DNA from: a virus
Length of the DNA: 64,000 nt
Reading direction: 5' to 3' (one strand)
Virus record (IMG/VR): IMGVR_UViG_3300024255_001088
Below the pieces are notes generated by a model. It searched no databases and was not told the DNA's origin. It saw only the letters and a list, made by a program, of their open reading frames with translations. Positions 38,100 to 48,555 of the stretch are shown here, one piece after another. Position 1 is the stretch's first letter; each line of letters opens with the position of its first letter. Position numbers and translations under genes: made by a program.

Positions 38100-38918
38100 A
38101 TGGAAAAATTCTTAAACTATTTGGCTCTAGGTACCTCTCTTGTAATTGCAGGTATCGCCGCCTATTTCTCAGTTCTTGGTCTTGCAACTATATTTGCAGG
38201 TGCATGGTTATCAGTTGTCATTATGACTGGTGTATTAGAGTTTGGTAAAATAGTCACTGCCGCCTATCTACATCTATTTTGGGAAAGACTCAATTACATG
38301 AAGTATTATCTAACCCTATCAGTTTTCATATTGATGTTAATTACATCATTGGGTATCTTTGGGTTCTTATCAAAGGCGAACATAGAACAGACACTTAAGG
38401 GTGATTCGTTTTCACTTGAGATGTCAATCATAGAGAAGAGAATAGAGGGTGAAGAGGGTAAACTAGAGAGACTAGAAACACGACTAGAGGGATTAGATTT
38501 AGTTATTAGTACTGCACAACCCAAAGACCGTAACTACATTGACCGTAGACAAAAAGAAGAAAGGGACTTGATTGCACAAGATATGAATGTTATAATTGAA
38601 CAAGTAGTCAAGTACAATGAAGAATTGATGCCTCTCAAAAGGGAACAACTCATGCAAGAGGGTGAGATTGGTCCGATTAAGTATGTTGCAGAAGTGATAT
38701 ATGGTCAGGAAGAGAGTGTCAAGTACCTTGACAACGCTGTTAGGTGGGTGATTTTTGCACTCATCTTTGTGTTTGACCCACTTGCGATTTTACTATTGAT
38801 AACATCAACAAGTCTTATTGCAAGAAAGATTGAGAAAGATAAACCAAAGGTAGTTGAGAACAGATATGTCATTCAAGTACCCAAAAAGAAAGTTCCCAAA
38901 ATCAATAAAACCGACTAG
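38100..38918 (+). CDS. Membrane protein with coiled coil
   Basis: 3 N-terminal TMs, EIGPIKYVAE, IFVFDPLAILL. Confidence 0.75.
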   Translation: MEKFLNYLALGTSLVIAGIAAYFSVLGLATIFAGAWLSVVIMTGVLEFGKIVTAAYLHLFWERLNYMKYYLTLSVFILMLITSLGIFGFLSKANIEQTLKGDSFSLEMSIIEKRIEGEEGKLERLETRLEGLDLVISTAQPKDRNYIDRRQKEERDLIAQDMNVIIEQVVKYNEELMPLKREQLMQEGEIGPIKYVAEVIYGQEESVKYLDNAVRWVIFALIFVFDPLAILLLITSTSLIARKIEKDKPKVVENRYVIQVPKKKVPKINKTD

Positions 38919-38952
38919 TATTTTGACCATAATTACTGTATAATAAGTAGTA

Positions 38953-39987
38953 ATGTTATGGTTAGAGCGAAAATACTTGTCGATGGTCATGGTCTACTTA
39001 GACCGTGCCAAATGGACAAACGAGAATACGATGAATCACAGGTGCAATTACTGTGGTGATTCGCAAAAGAATGTATATAAGGCACGAGGGTTTCACTTCG
39101 TCAAAGAACAATCATTCATCTTCAAATGCCATAATTGTGGTAAGTCAACATCTTCGATAAACTTTATCAAAGACCATTGGCCATCAGTTCACAAAGAATA
39201 TCTGAAAGAATTTCTATCAGAAAAAGGTATGAAACCTAAAAGAAAAATGCCATCGGCGAACGCTTTTAAGTTCACCCCACGAACAGATAATCTAAATAAA
39301 ACTGTGGTTGAAAAAGAAAACAGTCTCAAGGCAATCGCCTTTCCTGTTCTCGAAAAGGCAATCGCAAAGAACTATCTCTTAGATAGAAAAATACCAGAAT
39401 CTTCAATGACTGATTTATGGTTCGTATCATCGGCACAAACTCTTAGTATGTTGTCAGATAAGTATAGAGATAGAGTATTGGGTAAAGACCCAAGAATAAT
39501 ATTGCCATTCTATGACGAGAGTGGTGAATTGATTGGTGTATCAGGTCGTGCTATTAACGACTCACCATTGAGATACATGACCATGAGATTCAGAGATGAT
39601 GTGCCGCTCATCTTCAATCTTAATAAAGTGGACAAGACTAAGACAATCTATGTCACAGAGGGACCCATAGATAGTCTATTCCTACCGAATAGTATCGCAG
39701 TAGCGGGTAGTGATTTTAAAAAGATACAAGATGATATAAAAGATAACGCAATACTAATATATGATAACGAACCAAGAAACGCCGAGATAATCAAAAAGAT
39801 AGAAGAGGTCATTGACCTCGGGTATAAGGTGTGTATCTGGAACGATAGAAGAATAGAAGATTGCAAAGACATAAATGATATGATTATTAAAGGTTTGAGT
39901 GAAAGTGAGATTATCGAAATCATCAATCGTAATACAGTTTACGGTCTCTCAGCAAAATTACAATTGATGGAGTATAAGAAAATATGA
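38953..39987 (+). CDS. 61: DNA primase (T4 gp61)
   Basis: RCNYCGDS, FKCHNCG, VTEGPIDS, DNEPRN, KDINDM. Confidence 0.95.
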   Translation: MLWLERKYLSMVMVYLDRAKWTNENTMNHRCNYCGDSQKNVYKARGFHFVKEQSFIFKCHNCGKSTSSINFIKDHWPSVHKEYLKEFLSEKGMKPKRKMPSANAFKFTPRTDNLNKTVVEKENSLKAIAFPVLEKAIAKNYLLDRKIPESSMTDLWFVSSAQTLSMLSDKYRDRVLGKDPRIILPFYDESGELIGVSGRAINDSPLRYMTMRFRDDVPLIFNLNKVDKTKTIYVTEGPIDSLFLPNSIAVAGSDFKKIQDDIKDNAILIYDNEPRNAEIIKKIEEVIDLGYKVCIWNDRRIEDCKDINDMIIKGLSESEIIEIINRNTVYGLSAKLQLMEYKKI

Positions 39988-42275
39988 ACGCAGAAATAAA
40001 TGTTATAAAGAGTGACGGCACAAAATCAATTATTGATTTAGATAAGATACATGTAATGGTAGAGAAGTCTTGCAGAGGCATCAATGGTGTTTCTGAATCT
40101 TCAGTAGAGATGAATAGTGGTCTACAATTCTTTGATGGTATCACCACAAAAGAGATTCAAAAGATTCTAGTGAAGAGTGCAAGTGATTTGATATCACTAG
40201 AGAATCCTAACTACCAATTCGTTGCTGCCAGACTGTTATTGTTTGGTATTCAGAAACAAGTATTCAATACTAAGTGGAAAGACTCAGAGATTTATCCACC
40301 CCTACAAGACTTGATTGAGAGAAACATAGACAAAGGTCTATACACGAAAGACCTAGTAGCGAAATACTCAGACAAAGAACTAAAGAAACTCAATTCATAT
40401 CTAAGACATAGTAGAGACTTTGACTTTACATATGCAGGTCTACAACAAGTCGTAGATAAGTATTTGGTTCAAGATAGGTCAACAGGTACACTATTTGAAA
40501 CGCCTCAGTTCATGTACATGTTGATTGCAATGACATTGTTTCAAGACTATGAATCAGACGATAGATTACTATATGTTCGTAGATACTATGATGCAGTGAG
40601 TATGTTTAAGATTAATATACCAACGCCAGTCATGGCAGGTGTTAGAACACCATTGAAACAGTTTGCATCATGTGTTCTGGTCGATACAGATGATTCACTA
40701 GACTCATTATTTGCATCTGATATGGCGATTGGTCGATATGTTGCACAAAGGGCAGGTATTGGTATCAATGCAGGTCGTATCAGAGGTTTAGGTGCAAAGA
40801 TAAGAGGGGGTGAAGTACAACATACTGGTGTCATTCCATTCTTAAAGAAATTCGAATCAACAGTAAGATGTTGTACTCAGAATGGTGTAAGAGGGGGTTC
40901 TGCTACAGTTCATTTCCCTATCTGGCACCAAGAGATAGAAGACATTATAGTCTTAAAGAACAACAAGGGTACAGAAGATAACAGAGTAAGAAAGTTAGAT
41001 TACTCTATTCAGTTATCAGAAATCTTTTATAAAAGATTCCTTGCAAATGAAGATATTACATTATTTTCCCCACATGATGTGCCAGGTTTATATGAGGCAT
41101 TTGGTACACCAGAGTTTGATGAACTCTATGAGAAGTATGAGAGAGCGACTTCAGTACCTAAAAGAAAAGTTGGTGCAAGAGAATTGATTACAGATTTATT
41201 AAAAGAAAGAGCGGAGACTGGCAGAATCTATATTATGAACATTGACCACTGTAATACTCATAGTTCATTTACTGATAAAATAAACATGAGTAATCTATGT
41301 CAAGAAATAACATTACCAACAGACCCAATAGACCACATTGATGACCATGGGGGTGAGATTGCACTTTGTATATTGAGTGCTGTCAATGTGGGTGTAGTTA
41401 AAGATGATGAACTACAAGACATATGTGAACTTGCAGTGAGGGGTTTAGAAGAACTGATTGATTACCAAGAGTATCCTGTAAAGGCGGCAGAGATGTCGAC
41501 ACTCGCAAGAAGAAGTCTTGGTATAGGGTACATTGGTCTTGCACATTATCTTGCAAAACATAGAGTCAAGTATTCGGATCCAGAGGCATGGCAACTAGTT
41601 CATGACTTGACTGAGAGATTTCAATACTACTTACTAAGGGCATCAAATCAACTTGCAAAAGAAAAGGGTAAATGTGACTACTTCGACAGAACTAAGTATG
41701 CACAAGGTTTATTACCAATTGACACATACAAAAAAGATGTTGACTCAATTGTGAAACCAGTATATACTAGAGATTGGGAATATTTAAGGGCAGAGATATT
41801 GACTCATGGTTTAAGACACTCAACACTTACAGCACAAATGCCAAGTGAATCGTCTTCAGTTGTATGTAATGCAACTAATGGTATTGAACCACCTAGAGAC
41901 CATCTCTCAGTTAAGAAGAGTAAGAAAGGTACATTGAAACAGATAGTGCCTCAGTATTCTACTCTCAAGAGTGCATACACATTGCTATGGGATATGCCAG
42001 ACAACACTGGTTATATCAATGTAGTTGCAGTGATGCAGAAGTTCTTTGACCAAGGTATTAGTGGTAACTGGTCATATAATCCAGAACAATACCCTAACAA
42101 TGAAGTACCTGTGTCAGTAATGGCGAAAGACTTATTGAACACCTATAAATATGGATGGAAGACTTCTTACTACCAGAATACTATGGATGGTAAAGTCGAA
42201 GATGTTGTACAAGATGAACTTGCACCATCACAAATTGAAGAAGGAGATGACGCCTGCGATGCCTGTGCCATTTGA
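39984..42275 (+). CDS. nrdA: Class Ia ribonucleotide reductase alpha
   Basis: ATP cone, FASCVL, SNLCQEI, MPSESSS, C-terminal CDAC. Confidence 0.97.
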   Translation: MNAEINVIKSDGTKSIIDLDKIHVMVEKSCRGINGVSESSVEMNSGLQFFDGITTKEIQKILVKSASDLISLENPNYQFVAARLLLFGIQKQVFNTKWKDSEIYPPLQDLIERNIDKGLYTKDLVAKYSDKELKKLNSYLRHSRDFDFTYAGLQQVVDKYLVQDRSTGTLFETPQFMYMLIAMTLFQDYESDDRLLYVRRYYDAVSMFKINIPTPVMAGVRTPLKQFASCVLVDTDDSLDSLFASDMAIGRYVAQRAGIGINAGRIRGLGAKIRGGEVQHTGVIPFLKKFESTVRCCTQNGVRGGSATVHFPIWHQEIEDIIVLKNNKGTEDNRVRKLDYSIQLSEIFYKRFLANEDITLFSPHDVPGLYEAFGTPEFDELYEKYERATSVPKRKVGARELITDLLKERAETGRIYIMNIDHCNTHSSFTDKINMSNLCQEITLPTDPIDHIDDHGGEIALCILSAVNVGVVKDDELQDICELAVRGLEELIDYQEYPVKAAEMSTLARRSLGIGYIGLAHYLAKHRVKYSDPEAWQLVHDLTERFQYYLLRASNQLAKEKGKCDYFDRTKYAQGLLPIDTYKKDVDSIVKPVYTRDWEYLRAEILTHGLRHSTLTAQMPSESSSVVCNATNGIEPPRDHLSVKKSKKGTLKQIVPQYSTLKSAYTLLWDMPDNTGYINVVAVMQKFFDQGISGNWSYNPEQYPNNEVPVSVMAKDLLNTYKYGWKTSYYQNTMDGKVEDVVQDELAPSQIEEGDDACDACAI

Positions 42276-43194
42276 TGAAAAAACTATAGAATATAAGTGT
42301 GTAGACGAGAATATCGCTAGGTGGAAAGACCAACAATCTGCTACACTTAGGGGTAAAACAAACCCAATGACATGGCAGTTTATGAAGAACAAATATGTTG
42401 TTGTCAGAGACTTCTTACCACAACACATGATTACCTTTGCGATGGATGTGTGGAAATCAGCAGAATACACCGATACTGCAACCACATTAGAAACACATGA
42501 CATTACATATAAGAACCCCCAATCATCTAGGGGAACGAGTTCTGGAAAGTATTGTTCGCCATGGGGTAATGCATTGTCTCATTACATACATGAGAAACTA
42601 AAAGACTGTTTTGACATGAATTTAGAAGAGACATATTCATTCACCAGAAAGTATGTTAGAGGTGCCTATCTTGGTTCGCACACTGATAGACCTTCATGCG
42701 AGGTCAGTGCAACATTATGTTTAGATTACAAAACAGATGACAACACACCATGGACAATATGGTTAAGAAATGATAATAACTATGCAGGTGTAGATGCAGA
42801 ACAAGTTAAGAATGAATCACAAGATTTTAATCATAGAGACAGACTAAAGAATAATTGTATTGCAGTTGACTTAGAACCTGGTGATATATTATTGTATCAA
42901 GGTCCTAACATACCACATTGGAGAGATGAATTCTTAGGTGATTATAGTTATCATGTGTTTTCTCATTTTGTGAATTCAAATTCTATGATGCAACTTATAC
43001 CAGACTTTCATCATGGCGATGAAAGACACCCTAAGACATCATTAGACCTAGATGGTAGAGAACATAGATGGTCAAATGACAATGACACATATGGTGAACA
43101 ATCAAAAATCTTTAATGATAAATACTATGCCACAGATTATGGGCAATTCGTAAATTACTATGATGATTTAGAAGAAATAGAGAGTAAGAAATAA
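42259..43194 (+). CDS. 2OG-Fe(II) oxygenase between nrdA and nrdB
   Basis: HTDRPSCEVSATL, PGDILLYQG, HWR; start 42259 or 42247. Confidence 0.8.
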   Translation: MPVPFDEKTIEYKCVDENIARWKDQQSATLRGKTNPMTWQFMKNKYVVVRDFLPQHMITFAMDVWKSAEYTDTATTLETHDITYKNPQSSRGTSSGKYCSPWGNALSHYIHEKLKDCFDMNLEETYSFTRKYVRGAYLGSHTDRPSCEVSATLCLDYKTDDNTPWTIWLRNDNNYAGVDAEQVKNESQDFNHRDRLKNNCIAVDLEPGDILLYQGPNIPHWRDEFLGDYSYHVFSHFVNSNSMMQLIPDFHHGDERHPKTSLDLDGREHRWSNDNDTYGEQSKIFNDKYYATDYGQFVNYYDDLEEIESKK

Positions 43195-44291
43195 TGACAG
43201 TTTTTAATAAGAAAAACATTGACTTCACAAAGAACAAGATATTCTTTGGCGAAGAATTAAACACACAAAGATTCGATGAGTTCAAGTATCCGATATTTGA
43301 TAAACTCACTCAGACACAATTAGGATTCTTCTGGAGACCAGAAGAAGTATCACTACAGAAAGATAGAAGTGATTACCAACAACTAACAGATGCACAAAAA
43401 CATATATTCACATCTAACTTAAGATATCAAACTTTACTTGACTCAGTTCAAGGCAGAGCGCCATCCATAGCATTTTTACCGTTTGTCACTATACCTGAAC
43501 TTGAGTCGTGTATTATCACATGGGACTTCATGGAGACTATTCATAGTAGAAGTTATACTCACATTATAAAGAACATCTATAGTGACCCTAGTGATATATT
43601 TGATACGATTATAGATGAACCTGCAATCGTTAAGAGGGCAGAGATGGTAACAGAGAAGTATGACCACTTCATTGAACTTGGTCGTAGAAGATTGTTAGGT
43701 CTAAAAGTAGATGACTATGACCTGTATAAGGCATTGTATCTCGCATTGATATCAGTCAACATACTAGAGGGTGTAAGATTCTTTGTATCATTCGCCTGTA
43801 GTTTTGCATTTGGTGAACTCAAACTCATGGAAGGCAGTGCAAAGATTATCTCATTCATTTCCAGAGATGAAGCACAACACCTTGCAATTACTCAACACAT
43901 ACTTAAATGTTATAAGAATCAAGAAAACGACACACTCATGCATAAAGTTATGAAAGATTGTGAATCAGAAGTGTACACAATGTATGAAGATGCAGTCGCC
44001 CAAGAGAAAGAATGGGCAGAGTTCTTGTTCAGAGAGGGTTCTATGATTGGTTTATCAATACCATTACTTGGTAATTACATAGAATACATTTGTAATAAGA
44101 GACTTAGAGCGATTGGTTTAGACCCAATATTCAATGTCTCTTCAACTAACAACCCTTTACCATGGACACAACATTGGTTTAACAGTAGAGGATTACAAAA
44201 CGCACCCCAAGAGACAGAGATTGAATCTTATGTCATTGGTGGTATTAAACAAGATGTCGATGATAACACATTTGACAATTTTACATTATAA
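43194..44291 (+). CDS. nrdB: Class Ia ribonucleotide reductase beta
   Basis: FWRPEEV, LLDSVQGR, ETIHSRSY, EGVRF, RDEAQH, APQETE. Confidence 0.97.
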   Translation: MTVFNKKNIDFTKNKIFFGEELNTQRFDEFKYPIFDKLTQTQLGFFWRPEEVSLQKDRSDYQQLTDAQKHIFTSNLRYQTLLDSVQGRAPSIAFLPFVTIPELESCIITWDFMETIHSRSYTHIIKNIYSDPSDIFDTIIDEPAIVKRAEMVTEKYDHFIELGRRRLLGLKVDDYDLYKALYLALISVNILEGVRFFVSFACSFAFGELKLMEGSAKIISFISRDEAQHLAITQHILKCYKNQENDTLMHKVMKDCESEVYTMYEDAVAQEKEWAEFLFREGSMIGLSIPLLGNYIEYICNKRLRAIGLDPIFNVSSTNNPLPWTQHWFNSRGLQNAPQETEIESYVIGGIKQDVDDNTFDNFTL

Positions 44292-44458
44292 TGGATGCAG
44301 TAATAATAATCATGATAATATGGTTCGCCCTAGTATCACTAGTCACATTTATATTCTTTGATGAAGGCACCAAGGGTGTAGAGAAAGAACCTTACTATGG
44401 TAGAAAGACTGGTAAGATGTACACTGCAAAGTCAACAAGAAAGGATTATATACTATGA
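44291..44458 (+). CDS. 55-aa TM protein (not in ORF track)
   Basis: TAATG and ATGA coupling on both sides. Confidence 0.6.
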   Translation: MDAVIIIMIIWFALVSLVTFIFFDEGTKGVEKEPYYGRKTGKMYTAKSTRKDYIL

Positions 44459-44679
44459 TAGAAATATATGGAAAAACACAATGCCCATATTGTGATATGG
44501 CGAAAAAATTATGTGAACAACAAGGGTATGACTTTGTATACAAATCACTAGGTACAGATTTTGACAGAGAAGAGATGATGAATACATTTCCAACTGCAAG
44601 AACATTTCCTCAGATTAAAGTGAACGAAGAATCTATTGGTGGGTATACAGAACTACTTGAGTGGCATAACAACAAATGA
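44455..44679 (+). CDS. nrdC: Glutaredoxin
   Basis: CPYC, TFPQI, IGGY. Confidence 0.93.
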   Translation: MIEIYGKTQCPYCDMAKKLCEQQGYDFVYKSLGTDFDREEMMNTFPTARTFPQIKVNEESIGGYTELLEWHNNK

Positions 44680-44930
44680 GAACTGTACACCTTTATCTAC
44701 AGAGAGAACGAGATTGGAATGCAATGGATTTGAGATTGAAACATATCTGTAATTCATTGAACCGAGAAGAGTTCGAGGTGAGGGTGTATGTATTGGGGTT
44801 AGACTTCTATAAGACCGATAAGACTTTACCCCATGTAGAACTAGATGGTAAGAAAAAGTCAATAGACAACTTTTGGAATGAAACAATAGGCGAAAGAAAA
44901 CTAGATAATGGAGATTTACTGCAAGAATAA
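44676..44930 (+). CDS. Hypothetical protein
   Basis: ATGA coupling. Confidence 0.6.
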   Translation: MRTVHLYLQRERDWNAMDLRLKHICNSLNREEFEVRVYVLGLDFYKTDKTLPHVELDGKKKSIDNFWNETIGERKLDNGDLLQE

Positions 44931-45231
44931 TCTATTGTTAAACAAGGCAGTAGAGTATGCGAACACGCTGGGTATCAGTGATATGCCAGCGATTATCAAT
45001 ATAAAACGATTACCACCATCATTCACGCAACAGGGGTTAATCGAACACCCACGAGAACTAGACAATCACACCTACATAAACATATTTGTTAAACTCAACA
45101 AAGAGAGATATATCACACTCGCACACGAAATGGTGCATGTCAGACAGGTACTAAAGGGTGAAGAAATAGACGAAAATGAGGCGTATTTACTTGAGAAAAC
45201 ACTTGACAATGACCACAGGAAACGGTTATAA
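44908..45231 (+). CDS. Minimal zincin metallopeptidase-like protein
   Basis: TLAHEMVHVRQ..ENEAY. Confidence 0.7.
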   Translation: MEIYCKNNLLLNKAVEYANTLGISDMPAIINIKRLPPSFTQQGLIEHPRELDNHTYINIFVKLNKERYITLAHEMVHVRQVLKGEEIDENEAYLLEKTLDNDHRKRL

Positions 45232-45238
45232 TCCTACC

Positions 45239-45748
45239 ATGATGAAAGGAAAAGTAAAAAGAGTTTTTATTGATATGGACGGAGTTCTTGCAGACTTCTT
45301 GAGAGGTGTAGAAATGCCTCAGTATTTGGGTGAACCACTTACGAATGATGCAGAAGGACATTCTACATATGACGATAGAAAAGAAGAACTAACAAACAAA
45401 AGATTATTCGCAAACTTACCCCCAATGGTCGATATGTACGACTTACTCGCATATGTTAGACATTGTGAAGTACCGTGGGAGATATTGACTGCCGCCGGTG
45501 AGGTAAACAGACATCTAGTAGTGCATGACAAGAACGAATGGATTAAGAGATATGTTGACCCTACAGTGCCAGTCACTTGTACCTTCACTGGTACTCAGAA
45601 GGCGGCATACGCCTATGAGGGTAGTGTGTTGATTGACGACAGACAGAAGAACATTGATGCATGGAAGGATGCAGGTGGTATTGGTATTGTTCATGTCAGT
45701 GCAAGAGATACCATACAACAGTTAAAGTTGTTAAGAAATAACGACTAA
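45239..45748 (+). CDS. HAD 5'(3')-deoxyribonucleotidase
   Basis: DMDGVLADF, ILTA, LIDD..WKDAGGIGI; TTGACA-N18-TATAAT upstream. Confidence 0.88.
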   Translation: MMKGKVKRVFIDMDGVLADFLRGVEMPQYLGEPLTNDAEGHSTYDDRKEELTNKRLFANLPPMVDMYDLLAYVRHCEVPWEILTAAGEVNRHLVVHDKNEWIKRYVDPTVPVTCTFTGTQKAAYAYEGSVLIDDRQKNIDAWKDAGGIGIVHVSARDTIQQLKLLRNND

Positions 45749-45756
45749 ATACTGGT

Positions 45757-46044
45757 ATGAACAGATTAAAGAAAGTTTTAAGAGTTATTGCACAAGGTTG
45801 TAAATTTATCTATGAACGCATCAAGTCGATGTTTGTCACTAGATATCTAATTACAGTCTCATTCAATAGTGTGTATGGTGATTCAGACGATAGACAATTT
45901 ATCGCTAAGAAAATTATCGTACAGAAAGAAAAACATCTCAAGTTTAGAGATGAAGAAGGAAAAGTAATTGAATACAGAAGTTCAGGTGGGCTGAATTTTA
46001 TAATCGAAGATTACGAATATGAGTATGTACAAGAGACCGAGTAG
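45757..46044 (+). CDS. Hypothetical late protein
   Basis: CTAAATA-N5-ATG. Confidence 0.7.
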   Translation: MNRLKKVLRVIAQGCKFIYERIKSMFVTRYLITVSFNSVYGDSDDRQFIAKKIIVQKEKHLKFRDEEGKVIEYRSSGGLNFIIEDYEYEYVQETE

Positions 46045-46269
46045 CGAAGACTTATTGTTTTTGTTCTTGTTGTTAGGTGCATTACTCATAGTTATACTAT
46101 AGGGAGAAAAATATGAAAATAGGAATAGTTTTGCTTTTAGCAAGAGGAGAGATACTATAATGAGAAACATTAAGAACAGAAACCTTCGAGATATGTTCTA
46201 TTTACTAATGGGTTCTATGTTAGGCGCAACCCTCTTTATGTCTTTAGCACCTTGAATTAGGGGAAAAAT

Positions 46270-46653
46270 ATGAATCAGTTATTTATTGGTATTATACTCG
46301 TACTTGGTCTTGGTGGTTATTATCTCTACAATGAGAATATCACACTGAAAGACAATAACGCTAAGTTAGAGTATGCAGTAGAAGAACAGAAGGCGGCAAT
46401 GACCGCAATGAAAGAGTCTTACGAGAAACAAGGTAAGGCATTGTTAAACATGTCAAGACAAAATGCAGAGATAGAGAAAGAGAAGGCAGAGTATCTATCA
46501 ATATTTGCACGACATAACCTAGATGTACTCGCACTAAAGAAACCTGGCATGATTGAACTAAGATTCAATAATGCAAGTGAACAAGTTATGGAGGGACTAG
46601 AAGATGATACAGAGAAACTTTACAATATCGGCGCTGATAATACTCCTGAGTAG
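46270..46653 (+). CDS. Inner-membrane spanin (Rz-like)
   Basis: N-terminal TM, coiled coil, LKKPGMIE. Confidence 0.7.
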   Translation: MNQLFIGIILVLGLGGYYLYNENITLKDNNAKLEYAVEEQKAAMTAMKESYEKQGKALLNMSRQNAEIEKEKAEYLSIFARHNLDVLALKKPGMIELRFNNASEQVMEGLEDDTEKLYNIGADNTPE

Positions 46654-47125
46654 TTGTTCACTACTACCTGAACGAAAGGTAGAGATAGTCAGTAAACCCC
46701 TAGAGATAGAAATCATGCAACCTGATTTACCACGACCAGTAGAATTGACTGCACCCAAATGGTTTGTAGTATCTGAGGCACGAATAGTAAATCCATGTAA
46801 AAGAACATTATCATTTGAACCTAAGAGGTTTGATGATAAAGGTGTAGAACAACTTAAACGACCAAAAACATGTGAGTTGTCGCAAAGAGACAATCCAGAC
46901 TGGCCAGAGGGATATACATATCTCGACAGATTCTTAGATGAGATGAAAGACCAGAACAATGGTGAGGTGTTATTTGTCGCAACATCAGTTGGCGATTACA
47001 AGGTCATGGCAGAAGACATGCAAGAACTAAAACGATACATCAAACAAATTGGTGAAGTCGTAATATATTATAGAGAAGTCACTACAAAGACTGAAGCGAA
47101 AGTTAATGAGACCAATAAAGACTAA
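46604..47125 (+). CDS. Outer-membrane lipoprotein spanin (Rz1-like)
   Basis: Lipobox LSSC; Pro-rich; overlaps i-spanin. Confidence 0.7.
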   Translation: MIQRNFTISALIILLSSCSLLPERKVEIVSKPLEIEIMQPDLPRPVELTAPKWFVVSEARIVNPCKRTLSFEPKRFDDKGVEQLKRPKTCELSQRDNPDWPEGYTYLDRFLDEMKDQNNGEVLFVATSVGDYKVMAEDMQELKRYIKQIGEVVIYYREVTTKTEAKVNETNKD

Positions 47126-47873
47126 TACATTAAAGAACACATATGGACCGTGTAGAGGAGAGTATAAACAGACTTTCTCTACACCCATGTTTCAAGGTAA
47201 GGCAAACCTCAATCATGAAATTGTCGCAGAACACTGTAGAGATGTAGTAGGTAGAATACCAAAGGGTAATACAGAAACAGAATACACAACCTACTTCGAG
47301 AACGATTTGAGAGAAGAGACACATAACCAACCATGGTACAACGACTTCGCAAATCAGATGAAAGATACTTACATCGAATTCATCCGTAAAATGTGGCATT
47401 TCGATGTGACTGGAATATCTCGACATGACATACACCTATTTGCATGGGTGAATGTATATAATGAACCACACTCCCATTCAGTTCATAATCATGTCAAGTC
47501 CAGACTATCTGGTACTTACTATGTCTCTACAGATTCTAATTCAGAACCAATTACCTTTTATAATCCTAACATGAGTTCTCTTTTTGGTCATGGCGCCAGT
47601 GATGGTCAACACGAAGATGGTCAATATACATTTCAAGGTACGCCAGGTGGTCAGACAGAAATGGCATTTTATGCTGAAACTGGTGACTTCTTACTATGGC
47701 CCTCGTACTTGACCCATGCAGTACCACAGGGTAGGTCACGAGGAAAAGGATTAATAGGTGAGATTAAAGATTACGAAAGAATATCAATCTCTTTCAATTT
47801 ACAACATGCAGAAGATTTAGGGTCATATCATCATGGTGACCCATTTGATTATGGAGTTTTAACTAATGAGTAA
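47106..47873 (+). CDS. 2OG-Fe(II) oxygenase (TIGR02466-like)
   Basis: WVN..HNH..SGTYY..WPSYLTHAV..RISISFN. Confidence 0.85.
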   Translation: MRPIKTNTLKNTYGPCRGEYKQTFSTPMFQGKANLNHEIVAEHCRDVVGRIPKGNTETEYTTYFENDLREETHNQPWYNDFANQMKDTYIEFIRKMWHFDVTGISRHDIHLFAWVNVYNEPHSHSVHNHVKSRLSGTYYVSTDSNSEPITFYNPNMSSLFGHGASDGQHEDGQYTFQGTPGGQTEMAFYAETGDFLLWPSYLTHAVPQGRSRGKGLIGEIKDYERISISFNLQHAEDLGSYHHGDPFDYGVLTNE

Positions 47874-48546
47874 ACCAATTATACTAGATGAACTATACAA
47901 AATGAAAGGTTCATTTGCAGATGCAAAGTTTGATGGTTTTTGTTTGACCATAGACGACTTCTATGAGAACGCCGAAGATTTGTATCAACACTTGATTAAC
48001 AGAGATTACCCAATGTGGAAATATAATCCTGAATCACCAACACGAAATGGTGTAGACTATTACGACTGTAGAATAGTTGACAAGGTCGGTCACCCTACAA
48101 GAATTTATGAAACAGAACATCAAAGAATATTAGATGTATGTCGTAGATACTGGCACAAAGGTGACTACAACTGGTCACGACTATATGAGTTCAACTGTTT
48201 TAAAACTGGTGACATTACCAATTCAAGATTTCAACACTATCCACATATCGATAGTAAATTAGATATACCAGACAATTGTGCTACACTCAACATGTTAGTC
48301 TATCTTGACAAAGAAGAAGATGGTGGTACAGCAGTTTATGATGGCGAATGGATTACTAATGACGAGAACATGAATGTGTTATATCCTGTAGAAGAGAGAT
48401 TCAACATTCGAACTATGATTAAGGCGAAGTTCAATAGATGTGTTATATTTCCAGGTAATTATATGCACGGTGCTTGGATTGACAATTATGATAAATACAT
48501 CGACAACTGGAGATTCACACAAGTGACTTTCTTCCACCCAAATTAG
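47866..48546 (+). CDS. 2OG-Fe(II) oxygenase (DUF6445-like)
   Basis: IDDFY, PHID, GGTAVY, KFNRCVIF..HG..RFTQV. Confidence 0.8.
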   Translation: MSKPIILDELYKMKGSFADAKFDGFCLTIDDFYENAEDLYQHLINRDYPMWKYNPESPTRNGVDYYDCRIVDKVGHPTRIYETEHQRILDVCRRYWHKGDYNWSRLYEFNCFKTGDITNSRFQHYPHIDSKLDIPDNCATLNMLVYLDKEEDGGTAVYDGEWITNDENMNVLYPVEERFNIRTMIKAKFNRCVIFPGNYMHGAWIDNYDKYIDNWRFTQVTFFHPN

Positions 48547-48555
48547 GAGATAACA

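Noticed and set aside
39292-39300. CTAAATA inside primase as the promoter of a hidden gene
   Set aside because: No ATG at the expected spacing; at most an internal promoter for the downstream nrd genes
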